Below are positions 7,984 to 14,265 of a stretch of DNA of 32,000 bases, piece after piece (the first letter of the stretch is position 1; each line of letters starts with the position of its first letter). The stretch covers positions 900,001 through 932,000 of the forward strand of contig NC_000917.1 in the NCBI RefSeq assembly GCF_000008665.1, in the 5' to 3' direction. The notes under the pieces are model-generated. The model saw only the letters and a program-made list of their open reading frames with translations. It was not told the DNA's origin and ran no database searches. This DNA comes from Archaeoglobus fulgidus DSM 4304. GTDB taxonomy: Archaea; Halobacteriota; Archaeoglobi; Archaeoglobales; Archaeoglobaceae. The position numbers and the translations under genes are program-made.

Positions 7984-8833
7984 GCTCCATCAACCTCATA
8001 AAAGCCTCTTCGAGGGTGCACCGCCTTATTTCTACCCTGAAAACCTTAACTCCAGCCCTGCTAAGCATCTCGATGATTTTCGGAGCCTCTGAAGCCGCAT
8101 CATCCACCTCAACAACAACCTTCCCGTTTATCCACGAACGGTAATCTGACAGTATTCTGGATGCGGCAAGGGCATCGTCAACCTCAAGAAGCAGCCTGTC
8201 ACCACAAGCTCTCCTCTTTATCTCCTCAGGCGTCCCTTCGGCAATTTTCGAGCCGTTTCTTATCAGAACCAGCCTCTCGCACCTCTCAGCCTCGTCCATG
8301 TAGTGCGTTGTTACGAGGATCGTCTTTCCCTCCTCCCTGAGCTTCTCAAACTGCTCCCAGAAGCTTACCCTCAATGGTGGGTCAACTCCCGCAGTTGGCT
8401 CGTCGAGAACGAGCAGCTCGGGGTCGTGGAGCATAGCGCATGCAAGCATGGCTCGCTGCCTCATCCCGCCGCTCAGGTTCTTGACAAGCCTTTTGCGATA
8501 CCTCTCAAGCTGAACGAGCTTCAGCATCTCCTCTACTCTCCTCTCGTCCTCAATTCCGTAAAGGGATGCGAAGAACCTGAGGTTCTCCTCAACCGAGAGA
8601 TTGAGGTAGAGGGGAGAGTTCTGGGGCATCCAGCCTACTGAGGTGGCGTAATTCCTTATTTCGCCTTCGTAGGGCACCATCCCGAAAATCGCCCTGATGG
8701 TGGTTGTTTTACCGCTCCCATTTGGTCCCAGCAGTCCCAGAATCTCGCCCCTTCTGACGTTGAGAGTCAATCCCTTGACGGCGTAAAAGTCCCCGAACCT
8801 GACGCTGAGGTTTGAGATTTCGAGGATGTTCAT
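7976..8833 (-). CDS. ABC transporter ATP-binding protein (ABC-2/DrrA-like)
   Basis: 285 aa. Walker A GPNGSGKTT, signature LSGGMRQR, Walker B LLVLDEPTAGVD. First gene of a three-gene operon on the minus strand. Confidence 0.9.
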   Translation of the reverse strand: MNILEISNLSVRFGDFYAVKGLTLNVRRGEILGLLGPNGSGKTTTIRAIFGMVPYEGEIRNYATSVGWMPQNSPLYLNLSVEENLRFFASLYGIEDERRVEEMLKLVQLERYRKRLVKNLSGGMRQRAMLACAMLHDPELLVLDEPTAGVDPPLRVSFWEQFEKLREEGKTILVTTHYMDEAERCERLVLIRNGSKIAEGTPEEIKRRACGDRLLLEVDDALAASRILSDYRSWINGKVVVEVDDAASEAPKIIEMLSRAGVKVFRVEIRRCTLEEAFMRLMEHA

Positions 8834-8865
8834 ATTGATTTAATGGAAAATTTAATTTAATAAAT

Positions 8866-8888
8866 TGTTGTCACTGGGGTCGGTTAAT
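8866..8888. repeat. Left copy of the imperfect direct repeat bracketing the AT-rich islet
   Basis: TGTTGTCACTGgggtcgGTTAAT here versus TGTTGTCACTGaaagtaGTTAAT at 10951-10973 (17/23 identical: an exact 11-mer, 6 mismatches, an exact 6-mer). The preceding ~10 nt are also similar (tttaataaat versus ttttataacc). Confidence 0.6.
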
Positions 8889-9066
8889 TGATTGGATTTG
8901 GTAATTTATTTTGAGAGTTAGAAGGAACCTTGCCAACTCGGTCTGGTGATAAGTAGCCTTTTCCATGTTCTGTAAGAATATTTTGTGAGTTTTAGTTTTT
9001 CACTGACTATTACACTACATCTCATGCAGCGTAAGCTTTTTAATATCAAAACTTATACAAAATAAC

Positions 9067-9189
9067 ATGAAACCCAGATTTATAAAATTTCATTTTAACA
9101 CAAACTCGGGAGATTATGTGGATAAAAATTTTGGGAAATACACGTTAAGTGAAATGCCTGCTATCGCCTCGAGAAGGGATGAAACATGA
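9067..9189 (+). CDS. Candidate 40-aa small ORF translationally coupled to the OLD-family gene
   Basis: Hand translation gives MKPRFIKFHFNTNSGDYVDKNFGKYTLSEMPAIASRRDET. Its TGA (9187-9189) overlaps the ATG of the next gene (9186-9188) as ATGA. It falls below the length cutoff of the ORF track and matches no family I recognise. Confidence 0.25.
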   Translation: MKPRFIKFHFNTNSGDYVDKNFGKYTLSEMPAIASRRDET

Positions 9190-10708
9190 TAAAAAAACTT
9201 ATTATAAAAAACTATAGATCCATCGAAAGATTGGATGTTGAACTTTCTATGTTAAATGCTTTGATAGGTCCTAACAGTTCTGGGAAAACAAATATTTTAA
9301 GGGCATTAGATCTTATAGTGGGGACAACCTATCCGTCCGTTCGTTCTTTTGATGAATCTGATTTTTACTTACACGATACATCACGAACAATTCTTATTGA
9401 AGTTAGATTTAGAGATCCCATACAGTATACGCGGTACCAAACTTATCATATCTATGGCTTTAGACTCACCTTTGACGGAAAGGACATGAATTATGTGGCA
9501 ATCGATGACAATGGAAACTCATTGGAGTATAGGCAAGGGAGGGAAATTAAAGTAAATAGCGACATGAGAGAAGTAGTAAGCATGATGTATTTGCCCTTAG
9601 ATAGACAAGCATATCAGCAAATCACACCTTCTCAGTGGAAAATTTATGGAAAACTTTTAAGGCATATCGCATCCCAGATACCAGATCCAGATAAACAAAA
9701 TTTTAAAACTGGAGTTGAAAATACCTTTACACAGCATATTTTTACTCATGTCCAACAGGCGGAGGATTTGCTAAAAAAATATGTCAAAGAGCAAACCGGA
9801 TTAGAACTTAGCTTAAGACTTTCTATTATCGACCCAACATCGGTGCTTAAGAATGTCAGGCCTCGGATAATATTACCTACAGGTTTTGAAGCAGATGTAG
9901 AAAACGAAGGTGCAGGTGTTCAAAGCGCTGTGGGCAATAGCCATAGCAAGAACTTATGCTCAAATTGTACAACAACCGTTAATATTAGCAATAGAAGAAC
10001 CAGAACTTTACTTACACCCCCATGGCAGACACTTCTATAAAATTTTAAAAGAATTATCTCAAAAGGATGTCCAAGTAATTTACACTAATTTACACTACAC
10101 ACGAAAGGAGTTTCGTAAATGTTGCTGATCTGGATTCTATATTGCTCGTAAAAAAAGAGAATGGTGGAACAAAAGTTTATACTTGTAGAAATTCCATAAC
10201 GGATATCGACGCTATAAAGACAGCGTCAAAATTTGACGAGGAAATAAATGAAGTATTTTTTGCTAATAAAGTTATTCTCGTAGAAGGTCCTGAAGACAAA
10301 ATAGCTTGTAAGCTAGCGCTGGAAAAACTTGGACTAGAACTGGACAAACATAACATCTCTATAATAGATTGTGGAGGGAATACGGGAATAAAACCTATGG
10401 TAGAAATTCTACTAGCGTTTAATATTGATGTTTATGTTCTGATGGATGAAGATCCTGGCAATCAGTCAACGCAACAACTGATAAGTCGTATTAGAAATTT
10501 AATTGGAGATAAACTGTTTTTACAAAGTCCAAATTTAGAAGGAATTTTTAATTTTGACCAAATAAGACGAGATCATGGAATACAGAGAAATAAGTTTTCC
10601 AAGGAAATAGCTCTTAAAGTTCTTCCAACTTGGTTTGAATCAAACTCTGTTCCCCCAGTTTATGAGAGTTTGAAAAATATAATAGGTGTAACTAATGAAA
10701 ATGGATGA
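9186..10708 (+). pseudogene. OLD-family (overcoming lysogenization defect) ATP-dependent nuclease, ABC-like ATPase plus Toprim, disrupted by two frameshifts
   Basis: Three consecutive ORFs in three different frames: 9186..10040, 9910..10128 and 10142..10708. They carry, in order, the N-terminal IIKNYRSIERLDVELSMLNALIGPNSSGKTNILRAL (Walker A), then PLILAIEEPELYLHPHG (Walker B/D-loop region), then VILVEGPEDKIACKLAL...ISIIDCGGNTG...VYVLMDEDPGN (Toprim). Skipping one G in the GGG run at 9932-9934 and one copy of the 10-bp duplication at 10078-10097 gives one continuous 503-codon ORF. Confidence 0.8.
10078..10097 (+). repeat. Perfect 10-bp tandem duplication (atttacacta x2) inside the OLD-family gene
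   Basis: 10078-10087 equals 10088-10097. With one copy removed the reading becomes ...KDVQVIYTTHERSFVNVADLDSILLVKKENGGTKVY..., which restores an IYTTH(S) motif-like segment and joins the second and third ORF fragments in frame. Confidence 0.9.
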
Positions 10709-10928
10709 GACGTTCAGCGACGGTGGGCACTCTGCGGTGCTTCGAACCTTGCCCTATCGGGGTCAACAAACAAGCGAGTATCTGGTTCGTGCCTTACAGA
10801 CCTTAACCAAAATTGCCTTTGTCAAAAACCTCTTTTATGTATGCTGGGAAAGTTATAACCACAATAAGCTAACAAAATTATCTAAGTTTCTTAAGCACGC
10901 CAAGAATCTTTCGCCAAGTAAAGGCTGA
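10695..10928 (+). CDS. Hypothetical 77-aa ORF at the right end of the islet (doubtful)
   Basis: Its start overlaps the last 14 nt of the OLD-family gene. No motif is recognisable. The 5' third (about 10710-10800) is noticeably more G+C-rich than the rest of the islet. It may be non-coding. Confidence 0.2.
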   Translation: MKMDETFSDGGHSAVLRTLPYRGQQTSEYLVRALQTLTKIAFVKNLFYVCWESYNHNKLTKLSKFLKHAKNLSPSKG

Positions 10929-10935
10929 CCCTCTA

Positions 10936-10948
10936 AAAAATTTTATAA
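10936..10948 (+). promoter_or_regulatory. TATA-like box for the TrmB-like gene
   Basis: aaaaattttataa is centred about 28 nt upstream of the ATG at 10972, consistent with an archaeal TATA box and a leaderless or near-leaderless mRNA. The right repeat copy lies between it and the start codon. Confidence 0.4.
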
Positions 10949-10950
10949 CC

Positions 10951-10973
10951 TGTTGTCACTGAAAGTAGTTAAT
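10951..10973. repeat. Right copy of the imperfect direct repeat bracketing the AT-rich islet
   Basis: TGTTGTCACTGaaagtaGTTAAT. The final AT forms the first two bases of the TrmB-like start codon (ATG 10972-10974). The left copy continues GTTAATTGA where this one reads GTTAATGAA. Confidence 0.6.
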
Positions 10974-11715
10974 GAACCAACTTTTAAAAACGCTGAGGGA
11001 TTTCGGCCTCTCAAGCTACGAAGCCTCCGCCTACGTAGCCCTCGTTTCCTCTGGAGAAACCACGGCAAGAGAGGTTAGCAGGAAAGCGGGGATTCCAAGG
11101 ACTAAGGTTTACGAGGTGCTGAACAGGCTTGTAGAGAAGGGATTTGCCGAAGTCCAGCCGGGCAGTCCAGCAATTTTCAGGGCCATTGAGCCTGCCAAGA
11201 TAGCTGCGAGGATGCAAAGGGACTTCAACGAAAGGCTCGGCAAAATGCTGAAGGCCTTCGAGGAGCTGAAAATGGATGAAAAAAGCGAATCAAAGCTCGT
11301 CTGGATATCGAGGGGCAGGTGGGCGGTGGAGAATAGGCTGAGGGAGTTTCTTAGGGAGAATGACAAAGTGATGGTGTTCTGCATCACCGAGAACTTTGCG
11401 AGCGTTCTTAGTGAGGTTAGGGGAGAGCACAGAGTTCTTCTCTACCAGAAGTTCAGGGTGCCGGAAAACATCAGGGAGTTCAGGGTTCTGGATTTGGGCA
11501 GGATAAAGAAAGCTAAGGACGGCTTTGTTGCCAGATTCGCCGAAATCATCGAGGGGACAGAAGCCGGGAAGCCTGAGATTCTGATAATCTCGGAAGGGAG
11601 CTCAATACTTGCACTTTCCCATGGAGAGGAGTATCTGGCTCTCTCAATACACCTCCCGCTCATCGTAGCTTTGCAGAAAAGAATGTTCGATACGCTCTAC
11701 GAGAGCTACTGCTGA
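10972..11715 (+). CDS. TrmB-family transcriptional regulator
   Basis: 247 aa. N-terminus LRDFGLSSYEASAYVALVSSGETTAREVSRKAGIPRTKVYEVLNRLVEKGFAEVQPGSPAIFRAIEP is the classic TrmB wHTH pattern. It is followed by a C-terminal effector-type domain. Confidence 0.8.
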   Translation: MNQLLKTLRDFGLSSYEASAYVALVSSGETTAREVSRKAGIPRTKVYEVLNRLVEKGFAEVQPGSPAIFRAIEPAKIAARMQRDFNERLGKMLKAFEELKMDEKSESKLVWISRGRWAVENRLREFLRENDKVMVFCITENFASVLSEVRGEHRVLLYQKFRVPENIREFRVLDLGRIKKAKDGFVARFAEIIEGTEAGKPEILIISEGSSILALSHGEEYLALSIHLPLIVALQKRMFDTLYESYC

Positions 11716-11746
11716 AAAATTATTAAACGAATGCAAGATTTGCGGC

Positions 11747-11929
11747 ATGGCAATAATCGTGCTGGAAACATGCAATGGATGCAAGGTATGCGAGGAAGTC
11801 TGCCCCTTCCACGTTTTTGAAGTTATTGACGGCTTTGCGGTTGCTGTTAACAGCGATGAGTGCATTGAGTGCTGCGCATGCGTTGAGGCGTGTCCTGAGA
11901 GTGCAATTATCGTAAGCGGTTGTGGGTAG
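11747..11929 (+). CDS. 2x[4Fe-4S] ferredoxin
   Basis: 60 aa with two CxxCxxCxxxCP motifs: CNGCKVCEEVCP and CIECCACVEACP. Confidence 0.9.
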   Translation: MAIIVLETCNGCKVCEEVCPFHVFEVIDGFAVAVNSDECIECCACVEACPESAIIVSGCG

Positions 11930-12120
11930 TTGGCATTTATAGCGTGCTCCTACACTCTTTCTCTCGATTTAAGCTTTTGCGGGGATTTTTATCTCTCGCC
12001 GCTGCGAATTATGCGATGAAACATCTACCGCTGTTTTCTACGGCAGTGGAAAACTTCGCACTATTCCCAAGGCTCCCCAACTCAACCCAAGCCGAAGCCT
12101 TTTTAACTTCCCGCTCCTTA

Positions 12121-12936
12121 ATGCTGAGAGTGGCAAGATGTGATGTTTGCGGTGAGGAGGTTACAATCCCCTTCAAATGTAAGTACTGCGGCGGAACCTT
12201 CTGCGCAGAGCACAGGCTGCCCGAGAACCACGATTGCGACGGGCTGGATGAATACTGGAATGTTCCCGTTAATGTTAAGCGGAGGTTGAGCCCCCAGCCT
12301 GCAAGAAGGAGCAGGAACATTGGATTGATGAAGTATGGGGCAAACAACACCGTCCTCATAATCTGCACGATTCTCTTCTTCATCTCAATCGTTGCTCCCT
12401 ACGAGATGGTTGAGATTTTCGCCCTCCATCCCCGACTTGATGTTCTGCTAGCTATGCCCTGGCAGCTTATCACCAGCATGTTCCTCCACGTGGAGTTCTG
12501 GCACTTCTTCGTCAACATGTTCGTCCTGCTTTTCTTCGGAACTGAGCTTGAGAGGAGGCTTGGTGACAGAAAGTACCTCGAAATTTTCTTTGTCTCAGGC
12601 CTTGCGGGGAATGTAGGATACATAGCCTACTCCTACGCTGTTGGAAGCTTTGCCCCAGCTCTCGGAGCATCTGCAGCGATTTTCGGTGTAATGGGCTGCC
12701 TTGCCATAATTGCCCCCGAAATCAGGATAATAATCTTCCCGATTCCGATTCCCATCAACATAAGAACCGCCCTCCTGCTTTTCGCCGCCTACGACTTCTG
12801 GATGATGGTTGCCAGCTATATGGGGCTTTTCTACACCAATGTCGCCAACATAGCCCACCTTGCGGGGCTGGCTGTGGGCCTCTACTACGGGAAAAGGCTC
12901 GGAAGGAGAAAGGTGAGGTATGACTTCTACTTCTAA
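12121..12936 (+). CDS. Rhomboid-family intramembrane serine protease with an N-terminal AN1-type zinc finger
   Basis: The AN1 pattern is CDVCGEEVTIPFKCKYCGGTFCAEHRLPENHDC. Six TM segments follow. The catalytic GxSx is GASAAIFG and the His lies in NIAHLAGLAVG. I prefer ATG 12121, which has a T/A-rich box ctttttaac about 20-25 nt upstream, over the ORF-track start at 11920. The 67-codon extension from 11920 overlaps the ferredoxin stop and looks non-proteinaceous. Confidence 0.8.
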   Translation: MLRVARCDVCGEEVTIPFKCKYCGGTFCAEHRLPENHDCDGLDEYWNVPVNVKRRLSPQPARRSRNIGLMKYGANNTVLIICTILFFISIVAPYEMVEIFALHPRLDVLLAMPWQLITSMFLHVEFWHFFVNMFVLLFFGTELERRLGDRKYLEIFFVSGLAGNVGYIAYSYAVGSFAPALGASAAIFGVMGCLAIIAPEIRIIIFPIPIPINIRTALLLFAAYDFWMMVASYMGLFYTNVANIAHLAGLAVGLYYGKRLGRRKVRYDFYF

Positions 12937-13858
12937 GCCCATTGTCTGGAAGGAAAAGGAGAGGCTGGATGGAGAAATTGTTGGCTGCCTTACGGCCATT
13001 TTAAGGACGAGAGGATGCAGGTGGGATCGCTGTTATATGTGCGGCTACACCAGCGACGCTTATCCGGCAAGCGAGGAAGAGCTTATACAGCAGGTTGATT
13101 ACGTTTTTGAGCAGCTTGAGGATGAGAGTGTGCTGAAAATCTTCACCTCTGGCAGCTTTTTCGATGATGCTGAAGTCCCGCCCAAGGTTAGGGGCTATCT
13201 CCTTGAGAAATTCCAGCAGCGTGGCCTCAAAAAGCTGATTGTTGAGAGCAGGCCCGAATACATCACTGATGAGCGGATTGAGCCCTTTAAAGGCGTAAAT
13301 CTGGAGGTTGGCATTGGACTTGAGACTGCAAGCGACAGAGTAAGGGAGCTTTGCATAAACAAGGGATTCAGCTTTGAGGATTTCAAGGATGCTGCCACCA
13401 AGCTTAGAAATTACGGTTTCAGAGTCAAGTGCTACCTCCTTCTCAAGCCACCATTTCTCTCGGAGAGCGAGGCGATTGATGACGCAATCAAATCCATCGT
13501 TGCAGCCAAACCCTACGCCGACGTTTTCTCCCTCAACCTAACCAACGTTCAGAAGGGCACTCTGGTGGAGAGGTTCTGGAGGGCGAAGCTCTACCGCCCG
13601 CCATGGCTTTGGAGTGCGGTGGAGGTGCTGAGGGAGGCAACGGCGATTGGCGTTGAGATTTTGAGCGATCCTGTAGCTGCGGGAAAGCAGCGAGGCCCGC
13701 ACAACTGCGGGAAGTGTGACGCTGAAGTTGCTGCAGCCATCAGGGAGTTTTCGCTCACTCAGGATACGTCTAAGCTTGAAGGTCTTCACTGCGAATGCAT
13801 TGAAAAATGGAAGAAGGCCGTGGAGCTTGAAAAATACTCCAGAGCTCCCCTTTTTTAG
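12920..13858 (+). CDS. Radical SAM protein, archaeal TIGR01210/RaSEA-like family (archaeosine biosynthesis partner); the family assignment is from memory
   Basis: 312 aa. The cysteine triad lies in LRTRGCRWDRCYMCGY. The following FTSGSFFDD and ESRPEY segments fit a radical-SAM TIM-barrel core. It overlaps the rhomboid gene by 17 nt. Confidence 0.6.
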   Translation: MTSTSKPIVWKEKERLDGEIVGCLTAILRTRGCRWDRCYMCGYTSDAYPASEEELIQQVDYVFEQLEDESVLKIFTSGSFFDDAEVPPKVRGYLLEKFQQRGLKKLIVESRPEYITDERIEPFKGVNLEVGIGLETASDRVRELCINKGFSFEDFKDAATKLRNYGFRVKCYLLLKPPFLSESEAIDDAIKSIVAAKPYADVFSLNLTNVQKGTLVERFWRAKLYRPPWLWSAVEVLREATAIGVEILSDPVAAGKQRGPHNCGKCDAEVAAAIREFSLTQDTSKLEGLHCECIEKWKKAVELEKYSRAPLF

Positions 13859-14265
13859 AACTTTACGTGCATCATCTGCGCTGGTGGGGGAGTGAAAAGC
13901 AGCCAGACTCCGAAGATGAGTAGCAGAATGACCGCAAGCAGGAAAATCACGACTCCAGCTATTATCGTTGCGGCGAAAGCTTCAATAAAGCCCACATCGA
14001 GCAGAGTTTTTAGGACGTAGAGGTAAATCAGGAAGGCGAGTAAGGGAAGCAGCAACACGAGGGGAGTGAAGTGCAGGATGAAGGCAACCACTGCTGTTAT
14101 AACCACAGCTGCAAAGTTGGCCATTCCACACCTCAGCACGTCCCTTTCCTTCCCCACAACCTTCAGCCCAATCCAGATGAAGAAGCCCGGCAGTATTATT
14201 GCCGAAATGATAAAAACAAAGAAGGCGATGCCTGCTGACATTAAAAAATCAAAGAAGGGCGGCAC
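13855..14265 (-). CDS. Hypothetical integral membrane protein (about 4 TM helices)
   Basis: 136 aa and almost entirely hydrophobic helices. Its start overlaps the 3' end of ilvD by 17 nt, so it is probably co-transcribed. Confidence 0.55.
   Translation of the reverse strand: MPPFFDFLMSAGIAFFVFIISAIILPGFFIWIGLKVVGKERDVLRCGMANFAAVVITAVVAFILHFTPLVLLLPLLAFLIYLYVLKTLLDVGFIEAFAATIIAGVVIFLLAVILLLIFGVWLLFTPPPAQMMHVKF

Larger units (their letters stand above)
8889..10950. other. Putative horizontally acquired AT-rich islet with no visible integrase or transposase
   Basis: Hand-counted G+C is 14/60 for 9181-9240 and 19/60 for 9601-9660. Flanking genes give 39/60 for 8401-8460 and 33/60 for 11041-11100. 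The islet uses A/T-ending codons, is bounded by the direct repeat above, and carries an OLD-family nuclease. Confidence 0.5.

Noticed and set aside
8925-8934. A second shared 10-mer, GAACCTTGCC, near both islet ends (8925-8934 and 10744-10753)
   Set aside because: Its order relative to the outer repeat is inverted between the two ends (outer-inner on the left, inner-outer on the right). That does not fit a simple duplicated segment. A single 10-mer match within two ~300-bp zones has a non-negligible chance probability of roughly 0.1. I note it but do not rely on it.
8871-8966. A 31-codon minus-strand ORF (MEKATYHQTELARFLLTLKINYQIQSINRPQ) in the left part of the islet
   Set aside because: It is very short, lies in AT-rich DNA, has no coupling or motif, and its stop falls inside the border repeat. 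It is most likely a chance ORF.
10725-10760. A tRNA-like T-loop string (minus strand reads aaGGTTCGAAGcacc) that might mark a tRNA-derived attachment site
   Set aside because: The flanking bases do not form the required 5-bp T-stem (caagg versus caccg), and no acceptor or anticodon arms can be drawn. It is not a tRNA or a recognisable tRNA fragment.
12013-12019. A C-box-like GCGATGA in the ferredoxin-rhomboid spacer, as a possible C/D box sRNA
   Set aside because: There is no CTGA D box at a suitable distance downstream, no C'/D' pair and no terminal stem.
11920-12120. A 67-codon N-terminal extension of the rhomboid ORF as drawn in the ORF track
   Set aside because: It overlaps the ferredoxin stop, encodes an implausible peptide (MWVVGIYSVLLHSFSRFKLLRGF...), and ATG 12121 has a T/A-rich box at the right distance. 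I therefore use 12121 as the start.
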